Positions 26,915 through 37,607 of a stretch of DNA of 64,000 bases are shown one piece after another (position 1 is the stretch's first letter; each line of letters begins with the position of its first letter). The notes under the pieces are model-generated. The model was not told where the DNA came from and ran no database searches. It saw only the letters and a program-made list of their open reading frames with translations. This stretch comes from an uncultured Gemmatimonadales bacterium (GTDB taxonomy: Bacteria > Gemmatimonadota > Gemmatimonadetes > Gemmatimonadales > GWC2-71-9), in assembly GCA_963730185.1 (NCBI GenBank), contig CAVSQW010000005.1:1-64000 (forward strand). The letters are read 5' to 3'. The position numbers and the translations under genes are program-made.

Positions 26915-27897
26915 TGGCCATTCACCCCCTCGATCAGGTTGAGAAACACTTCCTCGAGCTGATAGCGCCGACGGCCGAAAGTGACGACCCGGACGGCGTC
27001 GTCGCTCAGGACCCGGCGGAGGAGTTCCTGCTCCGCGGCCGTCTCGTCGCGGACCGCGACCAGCCACCGCACCGAATCGTCGAGCGGCTGTTCCTCGATC
27101 GATTCCACCCAGGAAAGGCCATCGAGACGAGTGCGCGCGCCTGCCACGTCGCCCTTGAGCTCGACCACGAACGTCACCTGGCCGGCGCCGCCGGCGAGCA
27201 ACTCCTGGATCGGCGCCTGCGCCACCAGCCTGCCCTCGTTGAGGATCGCCACCGTGTCGCTGACCCGCTGCACGTCCTCGAGGATGTGAGTGGAGTAGAA
27301 GATCGTGGTGTGCTCCCGGAGCCGGGCCATGATCTCGAGAACGTCGCGCCGCCCCATCGGATCCAGCGAGGCCGCCGGCTCGTCGAGGATCAAGAGCTCG
27401 GGCGCGCTGATTTGCGCCTGGGCGATCCCCAACCGCTGTCGCTCGCCGCCCGAAAAGCCCCGGATCGGGCGGTCGGCCTTGTCCTCGAGCCCCACCAGCT
27501 CGAGCGTCTCGTCGATCCGATGGTCCAGCTTCGCGCCGCTGTCCTCGAAGAAGAAGCGCGCCGTGAAGCGGAGCGTCTCCCGGGCCGACATGTAGTCGTA
27601 GTAGCGAGGGTCCTGCGCCAGATACCCGATCCGCCGACGGACCTCCAGGGTCTCCCGCTCGCTGTCGAAGCCGAACAAGGTCGCGCTCCCCGCGCTCGGA
27701 CGCGCCAGCCCCAGCAAGAGCTTGATCGTCGTGGTCTTTCCGGCCCCGTTGGGCCCGAGAAAGCCGAAGATCGAGTTCCGCCGGACATCCAGATCCAGGG
27801 CGTCGAGAGCCGTGACCTCGCGGTATCTCTTCGTGAGACCGCGGGTGCGGATGACGAAGTCTTCCATGTTTGGCGCTTTGGTATTGGGCGAGGCCAC
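26911..27897 (-). CDS. ABC transporter ATP-binding protein (start may be 27867)
   Basis: GPNGAGKT, FSGGERQR, LILDEP. Confidence 0.93.
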   Translation of the reverse strand: MASPNTKAPNMEDFVIRTRGLTKRYREVTALDALDLDVRRNSIFGFLGPNGAGKTTTIKLLLGLARPSAGSATLFGFDSERETLEVRRRIGYLAQDPRYYDYMSARETLRFTARFFFEDSGAKLDHRIDETLELVGLEDKADRPIRGFSGGERQRLGIAQAQISAPELLILDEPAASLDPMGRRDVLEIMARLREHTTIFYSTHILEDVQRVSDTVAILNEGRLVAQAPIQELLAGGAGQVTFVVELKGDVAGARTRLDGLSWVESIEEQPLDDSVRWLVAVRDETAAEQELLRRVLSDDAVRVVTFGRRRYQLEEVFLNLIEGVNGQ

Positions 27898-27935
27898 CTA
27901 CGTCCGATTTCGGACAGCGGTTTCAGGCCGGAACA

Positions 27936-28012
27936 CAAGATATGGCTAGATATATCTTGACAAGATCCACGCTATATCGTAAGATGTACCCCGACATATC
28001 GCGAGATATGTC
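27936..28012 (+). promoter_or_regulatory. Sigma70 promoter flanked by PadR/YqjI-type GATAT/ATATC operators
   Basis: TTGACA(27957)-N17-TAAGAT(27980); AGATATATCT palindrome at 27948-27957; GACATATC-GCGA-GATATGTC at 27993-28012. Confidence 0.7.
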
Positions 28013-28055
28013 ACAGAGAGACCGAATTCCGGTCTCCACCACGACGGAGGCACCC

Positions 28056-28643
28056 ATGGGCAAGCGCGACGACGACTGCGGCTTCCTCAACCTCAACGAC
28101 ATCCTCGGGTTCGACAGCTGGCCCGGGGGATTCTCTTTCTGGGCCAAGAGTGGCCGGGGCTCCCGGCGGCGGCGGCAGCCGATGTTCGAGTCGGGAGAGA
28201 TCAAGTTCGTGATCCTCAGACTGCTGCGCGAGCGACCCCGTCACGGCTACGACGTCATCAAGGAGCTGGAAGACCGGTTCTCCGGCGTCTATACCCCGTC
28301 GGCCGGCACCGTCTACCCGACCCTGCAGCTGCTGGAGGACCAAGGCTACGTCCAGGTGGAAGAGCACGACGGCAAGAAGGTGTACTCCATCACGCCCGAA
28401 GGCGAAGCGTTCCTCGACGAGAACGCCCAGGTCCTCGACGACATCCTCGATCGGGTCCGCGACACGGTCAAGGGATTTGCCGGCGGCCGCATGGGCGAGC
28501 TCCACAGTGCCTTCGCCCGGCTCGCGTCGGTGACGTACAAGCGGGCCTGGCGATTCGGCCCCGAGCATCCGGCGATCGATCGGGTGGTCGAGATTCTTCG
28601 CCGCACGGCAGACCAAGTTGAGGAGGAGTGGGAGCGGGCCTGA
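28056..28643 (+). CDS. PadR family transcriptional regulator (YqjI-like)
   Basis: GGAGG SD; 'ILRLL..RPRHGYDVIK...YTPSAGTVYPTLQLLED.G...KKVYSIT..G'. Confidence 0.92.
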   Translation: MGKRDDDCGFLNLNDILGFDSWPGGFSFWAKSGRGSRRRRQPMFESGEIKFVILRLLRERPRHGYDVIKELEDRFSGVYTPSAGTVYPTLQLLEDQGYVQVEEHDGKKVYSITPEGEAFLDENAQVLDDILDRVRDTVKGFAGGRMGELHSAFARLASVTYKRAWRFGPEHPAIDRVVEILRRTADQVEEEWERA

Positions 28644-28683
28644 CGGCTCGGAGGTGTGACGAATCCCGAAGTGGAGGGGCGCG

Positions 28684-29013
28684 ATGGTGCAGATTGCGAG
28701 CGCGGGATGGGGGCTCTGGGGCCTCCTGATCTTCTTCTTCGTTGTCGGGCCCGCCATGCGCTGGGGAATTCGGGGCGGCCGGCGAGGATACTGGGGTGGT
28801 GACTGGTACGACCGGCCGTCGCCGCGCGGTCGCGACCTGTCCGCGGCGCTGGAAGAGCGCGACGCGGTAATCGAGTCGCTCGACGCCCGGGTGGCCGAGC
28901 TCGAGAACCGGTTGGATTTCGCGGAGCGGCTCCTGGCCGACAGCCGCCGAGCCCAGCTCGGCGAGGCGACCCGGACGCCGGTCGAATCGCTTCAGCACCG
29001 GAGCCCGGCATGA
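28684..29013 (+). CDS. Membrane-anchored coiled-coil protein (PspB-like)
   Basis: N-terminal TM, 'RVAELENRLDFAERLL'. Confidence 0.7.
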   Translation: MVQIASAGWGLWGLLIFFFVVGPAMRWGIRGGRRGYWGGDWYDRPSPRGRDLSAALEERDAVIESLDARVAELENRLDFAERLLADSRRAQLGEATRTPVESLQHRSPA

Positions 29014-29942
29014 CCGAGGCGGCCCTCTCGATTCGGGGGCTCCGGAAGCGCTACGGGGACGTGGTCGCGGTCGATGGACTCGACCTGACGGTGGCGCGCG
29101 GGGAGTGTTTCGGCCTCCTCGGACCCAACGGCGCCGGCAAGACGACCACCATCGAGATCTCGGAGGGCCTGACCCCTCCCGACGAGGGCCAGGTCGAGGT
29201 CCTCGGCCTGAGCCACCGGACCGCGGCCACCGAGATTCGCGCCCGGATTGGCATCTCGCTCCAGGAAACCCAGCTCGCCGACAAGCTCACGGTCGAGGAG
29301 ACGGTTCGGCTGTTCCGGAGCTTCTACCCTCGTCACCGTCCCGTGGACGAGACGATCGCAGCCGTGCAGCTGGACGAAAAGCGCCGGGCGCGGGTGGGAC
29401 AACTCTCCGGGGGACAGAAGCAGCGGCTGGCCCTGGCGTGCGCGCTGGTTGGCGACCCCGAGCTCTTCTTCCTCGATGAGCCGACGACCGGCCTCGACCC
29501 CCAGTCCCGGCGGCAGCTCTGGGAGCTGATCGAAGGGTTCAAGGCCCAGGGCCGGACCATCGTGCTGACCACGCACTACATGGACGAGGCCGAGCGGCTC
29601 TGCGATCGGGTGGCGATCGTGGACCACGGCAAGGTGATCGCGCTCGGGACGCCCCGAGAGCTGGTCGGCCTCCTCGAGAGCGAGCACGTGGTCGAGTTCC
29701 AGCTCGACCCCGGCGCCGCCGAGCTGACTGACGCCGAGCTTCTCGGTCTCGGCGGGATCTCGAAGGTGCGCCGGGAAAACGGCAGCTATTTCCTCGACGT
29801 GAGCCGGATCCACCAGACGGTACCGGCCATTCTGGGACTGCTCCAGTCCCGGGGCGTGGCCCTGACCGAGCTCCGCACCCATTCGGCAACCCTCGAGGAC
29901 GTCTTCGTCCACCTCACCGGCCGACACCTCCGCGATGCCTGA
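29010..29942 (+). CDS. ABC transporter ATP-binding protein
   Basis: GPNGAGKT, LSGGQKQR, LDEPTTGLDP, TTHYMDEAE. Confidence 0.93.
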   Translation: MTEAALSIRGLRKRYGDVVAVDGLDLTVARGECFGLLGPNGAGKTTTIEISEGLTPPDEGQVEVLGLSHRTAATEIRARIGISLQETQLADKLTVEETVRLFRSFYPRHRPVDETIAAVQLDEKRRARVGQLSGGQKQRLALACALVGDPELFFLDEPTTGLDPQSRRQLWELIEGFKAQGRTIVLTTHYMDEAERLCDRVAIVDHGKVIALGTPRELVGLLESEHVVEFQLDPGAAELTDAELLGLGGISKVRRENGSYFLDVSRIHQTVPAILGLLQSRGVALTELRTHSATLEDVFVHLTGRHLRDA

Positions 29943-30999
29943 CTCGACCTCCGCCGGGCCATCCTGGCGAGACCGCCCGTTGATCCACCTGACGCTTGCC
30001 CGGCTCCGCGAGTGGTACCGTGAGCCCGAGGCGCTCTTCTGGACCTTCGTCTTTCCGGTCCTGATGGCCGCGGGGCTGGGGCTCGCGTTCCGCAGCAAGC
30101 CGCCCGAGGTGGTAAAGATCGGGGTGGTGGAGAACGCCCGCGCCGAGGCTCTCGTGACGGGTCTCGCCCGGGACAAGCAACTCGACGTCCGGGTGGTCGA
30201 CGACTCCACCGGCGCGCGCCAGCTCCGGATCGGGAAGCTGGCCCTGCTGGTCGTCCCGACCGACAGCGGCGCCGAGTACCGCTACGATCCCACCCGTCCC
30301 GAGGGTGCCTCCGCCCGCCGAATCGTCGACGACGCCCTGCAACGGGCGGCCGGCCGGACCAACCCGGTCGCCGTGCACGACCGGTTGGTCAGTGAGCACG
30401 GCGCCCGCTACATCGACTTTCTGGTGCCCGGGCTGCTCGGCATGAGCCTGATGGCGAACGGGTTATGGAGCATCGGATTCGGGTTGGTGGACCAGCGACG
30501 AAAGAAACTGCTCAAGCGGCTGGTCGCGACCCCGATGTCGCGGGCTCAGTATCTCGCGTCGTTCGTCCTGGCCCGGCTCACCCTCCTGATCTTCGAGGCG
30601 GGCTTTCTCTTGAGCTTCGGCCGGTTCGTGTTCGGCGTCCCGATCCGAAGCTCGCTTCTGGTGGTCGGGCTGGTCTGCCTCGTCGGCACTCTCGGCTTCG
30701 GCGCCCTGGGGTTGCTGGTCGCGGCCCGTCCCAAGACGGTCGAGGGCGCGTCCGGCCTGATGAACCTCACCATGATGCCAATGTGGGTCTTCTCGGGCGT
30801 CTTCTTCTCGTCCAGCAACTTCCCCGACGTGATGCAGCCGTTCATCAAGGCGCTGCCGCTCACGGCCGTGAACGACGCGCTCCGGGCCACGATGCTCGAA
30901 GGGGCCGGTGTGACCCAGATCGCGCCGGAGCTGGCCGTCGTGACGGCCTGGATGGTGATCTGCTTCGTCGTGGCGGTCCGGATCTTCCGCTGGCAGTAG
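29935..30999 (+). CDS. ABC-2 type permease
   Basis: 'YIDFLVPGLLG', 'LKRL.ATP' and 'LPLT...DALR'. Confidence 0.9.
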   Translation: MPDSTSAGPSWRDRPLIHLTLARLREWYREPEALFWTFVFPVLMAAGLGLAFRSKPPEVVKIGVVENARAEALVTGLARDKQLDVRVVDDSTGARQLRIGKLALLVVPTDSGAEYRYDPTRPEGASARRIVDDALQRAAGRTNPVAVHDRLVSEHGARYIDFLVPGLLGMSLMANGLWSIGFGLVDQRRKKLLKRLVATPMSRAQYLASFVLARLTLLIFEAGFLLSFGRFVFGVPIRSSLLVVGLVCLVGTLGFGALGLLVAARPKTVEGASGLMNLTMMPMWVFSGVFFSSSNFPDVMQPFIKALPLTAVNDALRATMLEGAGVTQIAPELAVVTAWMVICFVVAVRIFRWQ

Positions 31000-31092
31000 C
31001 CGATTCCCGCCCCAAGTCGGTTTCCCGCGGCCCTCATCATGGCTTCATGACGCAGGCCTCATCGTTCATGGGGCCGGCACAAGGAGGCCAGG

Positions 31093-31581
31093 ATGACGAG
31101 GACGGTGGTTGCTCTCATGGCGCTCGCTGCATTGGGCGGATGCTCGGCCACGGGGGCACCGATCCCCGTGCGCGGAGACGTGTCGCCCCTGGTCGGTCAC
31201 TGGGAAGGCGAGTACTCGAGCACCGAGACCGGACGGGTCGGCTCGATCGTGTTCACGCTGGTGGCGGGACGTGACACGGCCTCGGGCGACATCCTGATGA
31301 TCCCGGCCAACATGGAGACGCCGGGCGACGTGACCCGCACGCCGGACCCCACCCGGCGGACGCCGCAGGTGTTGAAGGTCAGCTTCGTCCGTTGCGAGGG
31401 GATGGAGGTGACCGGATGGCTCGATCCCTACAGCGACCCGGACACCGGCGAGCGGGTGTACACCACCTTCGAGGGTGTCCTCAAGGGCGACCGGCTCGAA
31501 GGCAGCTTCACCTCGCTCGCCGAGCTCTCGGGGCGGCGGACGTCGGGCAAGTGGATGGTAAAGCGCAAAAAGCTCGGATGA
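31093..31581 (+). CDS. Lipoprotein, hypothetical
   Basis: AGGAGG SD; lipobox LGGC. Confidence 0.8.
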   Translation: MTRTVVALMALAALGGCSATGAPIPVRGDVSPLVGHWEGEYSSTETGRVGSIVFTLVAGRDTASGDILMIPANMETPGDVTRTPDPTRRTPQVLKVSFVRCEGMEVTGWLDPYSDPDTGERVYTTFEGVLKGDRLEGSFTSLAELSGRRTSGKWMVKRKKLG

Positions 31582-31596
31582 ACCACCCGGGCGGGC

Positions 31597-32433
31597 TCAA
31601 CGCCGCCGGATCGACACGCCGCCGTTGGTGGTGACCACCCGAATCAACGGGCCACCATCGCCGAGCCGGGTGGAGATCCGGCGGCTGATCCGGCCGCTGA
31701 CCCGCACCGGAAAGTCGATGTCGAGCCCGCCGTTGACGGTGCCGGTTTCCAGCTCGGCCGAGTAGTCGTCCGGAACCGTGACCCGGACGCCGCCGTTCCG
31801 GGTGCTCACGTCGAGTCCCTGCCCCTCCCAACGCCGCCCTTCGAGCGCCACGTCGACGCCACCGTTGGTGGTCTCGGCTCGGACGTCGCCCGCCAGCGCC
31901 CGCAGCGCGAGGCCGCCGTTCCGGGTCTGGAGATCCATCTGGCCGCTCACCTCGGCCACCCGGATTCCGCCGTTGGTGGAGCGCGCCCAGAGCGACGAAC
32001 GCCGAGGGACGTGGAGCTCGTAGCTCACCGACCACGACTCCCGGCCGCTGGTGCGGGGGCCCTCGGCGGAGACCTCGAGCCCGGAGATCCGGAGCTGGAC
32101 CTCCCGGGCCAGATCTTCGGCTCGGCCCTCGGTGCGGGCGTGGGCGCTGATCCGGGCCCGAAGCTCCACCTCGTCCCGATCCCAGCCGATCACGGTCACG
32201 CCGCCGTTCGGCGTGGCGTCGACCCGGATCGTCCCTCGACCCGATAGCGTCCGCTCCTCGATCGTGCAGTAGCTCTCGTTCCAGTCGTTGCCGCGGTCAC
32301 GGCAGGAGAGACTCCAGTCGTCCCGGTCGCGGTCCCGGTCGCGACGTTGGGCCTGGGCGCCGGTGGCCACGCCGGCGAGAAGAAGGCATCCAGCCAGGGC
32401 TCCGACGAGACCGACGATCCGGTTCCTGCGCAT
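31597..32433 (-). CDS. DUF4097 beta-strand repeat envelope protein
   Basis: AGGAG SD; signal peptide; repeated 'T.NGG[IV]' units. Confidence 0.85.
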   Translation of the reverse strand: MRRNRIVGLVGALAGCLLLAGVATGAQAQRRDRDRDRDDWSLSCRDRGNDWNESYCTIEERTLSGRGTIRVDATPNGGVTVIGWDRDEVELRARISAHARTEGRAEDLAREVQLRISGLEVSAEGPRTSGRESWSVSYELHVPRRSSLWARSTNGGIRVAEVSGQMDLQTRNGGLALRALAGDVRAETTNGGVDVALEGRRWEGQGLDVSTRNGGVRVTVPDDYSAELETGTVNGGLDIDFPVRVSGRISRRISTRLGDGGPLIRVVTTNGGVSIRRR

Positions 32434-32464
32434 GACCAACTCTCCTTGCACTGGGGTACGGACC

Positions 32465-32494
32465 TTAGACAGAGCCGGGCCCCCAACCGTTGCA
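32465..32494 (-). promoter_or_regulatory. ECF-sigma-type promoter TGCAAC-N17-TGTCTAA
   Basis: Same AAC-N17-(C/T)GTC geometry as three other sites in the window. Confidence 0.55.
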
Positions 32495-32502
32495 AGGGGC
32501 TG

Positions 32503-34849
32503 CTAGAGCCGGAAGAGGTAGCTGAATTTGGTGAAGAAGCCGTCGACGGAGCGCCGGAGCCCGCTGAACCGAAAAGCTTGGTCCTCGCTCAGGCTGCTGC
32601 CGTATCCGAGGAAGAACACGGTGCCCGGCGACGGCTGGTACGAGAAAAGCGCATCGACTCGAAAGGCGTTGGTCCGGGTGGCCAGAGCCGGCTGGTAGAC
32701 GCCGCTCGCCGGGTCGCGAATCAGCACCGGGGCGTTGGACCGCCCGTCGTCCCGGAGGTCGCTCCGCCGATCGGCGGTGTACTCCCCGACCAGGCGAATG
32801 AAGATGGAACGAGAAAGCTGGTACGCGGTCTTGATCCGGGGGATGTAGGTGTCGCCGGCGATGGTGTTGTCGGTCCGGCGCCGGTAGGACCGGAGCGCGA
32901 GGCTCCCGTCCATCCGGAACTTATCGGTCGGCCGGAAGCCCAGCGTGAGATTCCCGTACCAGATGTTGCACGACGCCCATTCGAAGAAGTTGTCGTCCCG
33001 GCCGTAGATGATGAACCCGCTGACCTGAAACCCATGGACCAGCGGGCTGCTGACGTTGAGGGAGTAGTCCAGATTCGAAAGCGACGGCAGGCCGAGGGCG
33101 TTGTAGGGGATGGTATCGACGCCAGTGGCGCTAGGCCGGGCAATGGCATAGTCCGCGTAGAGGCGCGGATCGTAGCTGAACGACTCCACGAGGAGGGAGG
33201 TCCGCACCACCCACCCGCCCCGGAGCGCCCAGGTCAGCCCGAAGTGTCCCTTTCGCTCCAGGGAGCTTCGGCCGGCGAAGAGGTCGTCGTACGCCCAGAG
33301 CCAATCGCCCGTGGCCGTCGCCGTGAAGCGCTGGAGGAAGGCGTCGGGCTTGCCGTACGCCGTGAACGAGGGACTGAGCTGAATCTGGGCGATGTTACCG
33401 CGACTGATGAAGCCGCTCTTCGCCTGGAAACCGGGGTCGAACCCCCGGAAGGTCGTCTGGAGACCGAGATGGCGGCCGGTGCGGGCGAAGGTGAGCGACC
33501 AGGCGGGCGCGGTCACCGAGGTCCCGGCCGTCCGGGTCCGGCTCAGGGCCACGTTGGCGGCCAGATTGTAGATCCCGCCGAACAGGAACCGGGAATCGAT
33601 CTGCCCCACCCGATTGTAGTCGTCGCCCTCGACCCGATCCGTGTACACCAGCCCGATCCGCGACTCGCGACCGAGATCCCGTTGCACCCGAAGGAGGTTG
33701 TAGATCGGGTTATGGTCGCTCGCGGCGTAGGCCTGGTCGTCCACCGCCGAGAGCAAGCCGAAGTTGGTGCCCAGCGAGCGACCCGTCACCTTGACCGCGG
33801 CGATCGGGGCCACGATCCGGCGGGTGTAAATGGTCTGGAGCGGATTGGCAAAATACTCGATCCCGTCGAGAAAGAACGGGCGCTTTTCCTGAAAGAAGAG
33901 CGTCGAGCGCGGATCGGCGTTGATCTGGCTGGCGTCCGACTCCACCTGCGAAAAGTCCGGCTTGACCGTGCCGTTCAGGGTGGCGTCGTTGCTGAGGCCC
34001 CAGCGGACGTTGCCGCCCAGCTCGGGAGAGCCGCCCCGGTAATGCCAGGGTTCACCGACGGCCGGCCGAGCCCCCTCCACGGTGGAGGTCACGACCGGGT
34101 TGAGCTCCAGCACCAACCCCCGGCGGAGATGGGTGAGCCCCACCAGCCGCCCGGCCTGGCCCACGAACGAGGCCGCCGCCCGACGGGCGGGTGCCCAGGT
34201 GTCTTCCCGCCCGCTGGCGGCACTCTTCCGGATGATCTGAAGGGTCCAGGTCTGCGGATCCTGGCGCTGATAGCGGAGAGCCCGAAAAGGAATCCGGATC
34301 TCGATCTCGTAGCCGAAGTCGGTCAGTCGCCCCTTGGAGTCCCAGACGAAGTCTCGGGCTGAGATCGGCCTGCTCCCGGCTGGGGCGTTCGCCGTTGGAC
34401 GCGGTGCCGGCCCCGGTGCCCTCGATCAGCGTGCCGTCGGCCTGGACCCCCAAGGGGTTGGCTCCGAACACGAATACCTGGCGGCCGTCGTTGAAGGTAC
34501 CGAGCTGCAGCTCGATATAGTCATCGGGGATGATGCCCTTGTCCCGGTCGCCCAGGTGGGCCCGCACCGTCCCCGGCTCGGCCCACGCGCGGATCCCGAA
34601 GTAGAGCGCCGTGGGCGAGTACCAGACCAGCACCTCGGTCCGCTGCTGCGCCGGGACGCCGTCGATCGGGCTGAACTGACTGAAGCCGGACAGGCGAGCC
34701 GCCCGGGTCCACGCCGGATCGTCGAGCGCTCCATCGATCCTGGCCTGAGCCTCGAGCCGCGGGAGCCGGACGTCGAGGTGGCCCTGATCGCCTCGGTAGC
34801 CGGTGGTGTCGCCCAGGGCGAGCGCCATGAGTGCGGCGGCGAGAATCAT
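32503..34849 (-). CDS. CBM9-like plus DUF5916 outer-membrane protein, one extra base near 34354
   Basis: 'IDGALDDPAW', corrected 'DFVWDSKGRLTDFGYEIEIRIPF', 'PDFSQVESD', 'FFQEKRPFF' and C-terminal 'KFSYLFRL'. Confidence 0.85.
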
Positions 34850-34915
34850 GAATCGGGTCGGCGATGATGGCGAAAACTGGATGGCCACCCCAAGGCGAGG
34901 TGGCCTGGCCGCTCC

Positions 34916-34944
34916 CTTACGGAGTCGTCGTGCGGCAGGTTCCA
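34916..34944 (-). promoter_or_regulatory. ECF-sigma-type promoter TGGAAC-N17-CGTAAG
   Basis: Intergenic, upstream of the DUF5916 gene. Confidence 0.5.
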
Positions 34945-34966
34945 TCCCCAGCCGGCGGGACCGGCC

Positions 34967-35476
34967 TCACTTCCCGGGGCACTTCACCCGCTTCATCCGG
35001 ACCTCGATGCTCGGCTGTCCATCGCCTTCGTTCCGGGGAATGAGGGCGCCGTCCGACGCGAGCCGGTAGATGATCCGCTGGGGGAACGTGCGGCTCAGGT
35101 TCTCGAAGACCACGTACTCGTCCACCAGGGTCTTGAGGGTGTAGACGTCGAACGGCTTGCCCTCGGTGGACGCGGCGAACACCACCGCCGAGTCGGTCGC
35201 CTCGATCTTGCTGAACTCGAAGCTGGTGGCGTGGTTGCCCTTGAGATAGCGGGTCGTCGCCAGCAGCAGGTTGTCGGCCGGTTTGGTCCAGATCTCCTCG
35301 ACCGACGTGTCCTTGTCCAGCCGCCCTTCCCAGCACCCGGCCATGAACTTGAGCTTGCCGAAGTCGGCCTTGGGGTGGTCCTTCTCCTGGTCCTTGTTCT
35401 GGGCCGCGAGCGGGCCCGCCAGGATCAGGGTCGCGAACAGGCCGAAGAGCACTCGGCGGCTGTTGATCGTCCTCAT
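34967..35476 (-). CDS. DUF6265-like exported protein
   Basis: GAGGTG SD; signal peptide; 'FMAGCWEG...EEIW', 'VFEN...FPQRIIYR'. Confidence 0.8.
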   Translation of the reverse strand: MRTINSRRVLFGLFATLILAGPLAAQNKDQEKDHPKADFGKLKFMAGCWEGRLDKDTSVEEIWTKPADNLLLATTRYLKGNHATSFEFSKIEATDSAVVFAASTEGKPFDVYTLKTLVDEYVVFENLSRTFPQRIIYRLASDGALIPRNEGDGQPSIEVRMKRVKCPGK

Positions 35477-35584
35477 GTCACCTCTTCCGCGTAGGGTCCG
35501 GGGTCCTGCCCTCGGATTCGAAAGGACACGTGAGCCCCCTCGATCCCCGGACCGAGGAATCAAAGGGCGGTTGGCCCGGCTCGG

Positions 35585-36589
35585 CTAGCCCCAGCCCCGG
35601 AGCGAGCGGACGTAGTCGTGGAGCGCCAGGAATTTCTCGTAGACCACCACACCCTTCCGCTTCTGACCGAACTCGGAGAAGAGCTCGCGGAGCCGGCCCC
35701 GCCGGGTCACGTAGAAACGAAACGTCTCCGCGAAGTCCTCCTGCGGGTGCCGGGCCGCGTAGGAGGTGACGTGGTTGGTGGGCGCAATGGCCACCCGGCG
35801 GCGCTGAAAATACACCCAGGTGTCGTCCATTCCCCGGTAGGCCTTGTTGACCTCGCCGAAGGTCCGGCGGAACCGGTGAGTCCGAGTCCAGGCCCAGTGA
35901 TGGTAGAGAAAGCTGTGCCCGAGCTCATGGGTGATGAGCCCGACCATCATGCTCCAGGGCACCTCGTCGCTTCCCTTCCCGATCACGTAACGCTGCTCGA
36001 TCTCCACGATCTTGGGCCAGCGCGGATCCACGCCGGAGATGCCGGGACGGAGTTGCACCCGGTAGCCCCAGTCCGAGACCCGGCTGGCCACCAGCAGTCG
36101 GCGCACCCGGCGGAGCGCGGGCTGGATCAGGTCGCGCCCGGTGGCGTCATCGCCGCACCAGGGGCACACGTTCATCCAGTCGTCGACGCCGCGGCCACAG
36201 TGAGGGCACTCGCCCTCGAAGCGGTCGTCCTCGTTCCAGCTCTGCTCCCGACTGCACCAGGGACAGTAGGGCATCGGGTATTGCACCCCGCCGCCGCAGC
36301 CCCAGTCACACCGGGCGTCCATCTTGAATCCCTTGGGCGCCTTGAGCGGGGTCTCGCTCGAGTGACCTTCCTCGTAGATGTCGGCCTGACACCAGGGACA
36401 GTAGGAGTAGCTATCCGACACGATCCAGCCGCAGCGGTAGCACTCGGCGCCGGTGATCTGCTGGGTGTCGCCCCAGCGCTGAGCGCGGCCGCAGCTGGGG
36501 CAGTGCTGCCAGTAATGCTCCAGTGGATACCCGCAGACGCAGCGGGTTTCGGGCCGGGGACGGGGCTCGCGCCGCTTACGCGCCGTCAT
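35585..36589 (-). CDS. Four Zn-ribbon repeats fused to a putative zinc-binding (zincin) metallopeptidase
   Basis: Eight Cys-pair knuckles (CxC/CxxC/CxxxC); HELGH; 'YAARHPQEDFAETF'. Confidence 0.85.
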   Translation of the reverse strand: MTARKRREPRPRPETRCVCGYPLEHYWQHCPSCGRAQRWGDTQQITGAECYRCGWIVSDSYSYCPWCQADIYEEGHSSETPLKAPKGFKMDARCDWGCGGGVQYPMPYCPWCSREQSWNEDDRFEGECPHCGRGVDDWMNVCPWCGDDATGRDLIQPALRRVRRLLVASRVSDWGYRVQLRPGISGVDPRWPKIVEIEQRYVIGKGSDEVPWSMMVGLITHELGHSFLYHHWAWTRTHRFRRTFGEVNKAYRGMDDTWVYFQRRRVAIAPTNHVTSYAARHPQEDFAETFRFYVTRRGRLRELFSEFGQKRKGVVVYEKFLALHDYVRSLRGWG

Positions 36590-37607
36590 AACGCGCCCAC
36601 GCCTCCTCGACGATCCGCTCGATGAACTCGGGATAGGACATCCCGGCCTTCCACGCCATGTTCGCCATGTCATGGCCGTCGCTGATGAAGGGATTGGCGT
36701 TGACTTCGATCACCCATACCTCCCCGTCCGGCGTCAGCCGGACGTCGAGCCGGGCGTAGTCGCGGAGCCAGAGCGCCCGATACGCGGTGCGGCAGATCTC
36801 GAGGATCTTGGCCTGCGCCGCCTTGGAGATCCGCCGGGCGAAGACGTTCTGGATTCCCTTCCGCTCTCGATACGGGACGTCCCACTTGGCGGCCGTCGTG
36901 GCGATCCGTTCCTCCGGCTTGGTCCGCCGCTTGTCGAACACCATCTCGGTGAGGGGCAGCACCTGGGGGTCTTCCTCGCCGCCGATCACCCCCGCGTAGA
37001 GCTCCCGGCCAACCACGAACTCCTCGGCGATGGCCGGCTGTTCGAATCGCTGGTGAACGAAGGCCACCCGGTCCACTAAGGCGGCGAGATCCTTCACCAC
37101 CGAGGCCTGCGCGATCCCGCTCGACGCATCGGTCTGGAGGGGCTTCACGATCAGCGGGAAGCGGAGATCCGGGGCCTCCGCCACCTCCTCGTGCGGCCGG
37201 TAGGTCACGAATCCGGGCACCTGGATCCCGTGGTAGGCCAGAATCTTCTTGCTCAGGGCCTTGTTCCGGGTGATGAGGAGCGCCAGGGGCGGCGCGCCGG
37301 TGTAGCGATAGCCTTCGGCCTCAAGCAACGCCGGAATCAGGTAATCGAGCCGATCCTCGCCATGGTACGTCTCGGTACAGTTGAACACCAGATCGGGTGG
37401 CCACGCGGCCAGGTCGGCGAGCATCGCGGGCACGTCGCCATGCACCCCAACGAACCGGACCTCGTGTCCGTTCTGCTCCAGCACGTCCGCGATCTGATAC
37501 TCGATTTCCGGCTCGTCCTCATGCCCGAGCTCGGCCTCACTCTGTCGGACATGGGCGTCGTGGTCCCATCCGGCATACGGCGTGTCGAACGCGACGGCGA
37601 TTCGCAT
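36576..37607 (-). CDS. D-Ala-D-Ala-ligase-like ATP-grasp enzyme
   Basis: 'PDLVFNCTE', 'YTGA', 'FPLIVKP...SSGI', 'EEFVVGRE', 'YARLDVR' and 'EVNANP'. Confidence 0.9.
   Translation of the reverse strand: MRIAVAFDTPYAGWDHDAHVRQSEAELGHEDEPEIEYQIADVLEQNGHEVRFVGVHGDVPAMLADLAAWPPDLVFNCTETYHGEDRLDYLIPALLEAEGYRYTGAPPLALLITRNKALSKKILAYHGIQVPGFVTYRPHEEVAEAPDLRFPLIVKPLQTDASSGIAQASVVKDLAALVDRVAFVHQRFEQPAIAEEFVVGRELYAGVIGGEEDPQVLPLTEMVFDKRRTKPEERIATTAAKWDVPYRERKGIQNVFARRISKAAQAKILEICRTAYRALWLRDYARLDVRLTPDGEVWVIEVNANPFISDGHDMANMAWKAGMSYPEFIERIVEEAWARYDGA

Noticed and set aside
31030..31072. CTCAT/TTCAT repeats upstream of the lipoprotein as a response-regulator site
   Set aside because: The spacing is irregular and no cognate regulator is nearby; too weak to call.
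34340..34365. DUF5916 gene (and the Gfo gene at about 62088) as true pseudogenes
   Set aside because: Each has a single one-base indel with both halves otherwise intact, most likely residual long-read error; this needs read-level checking.
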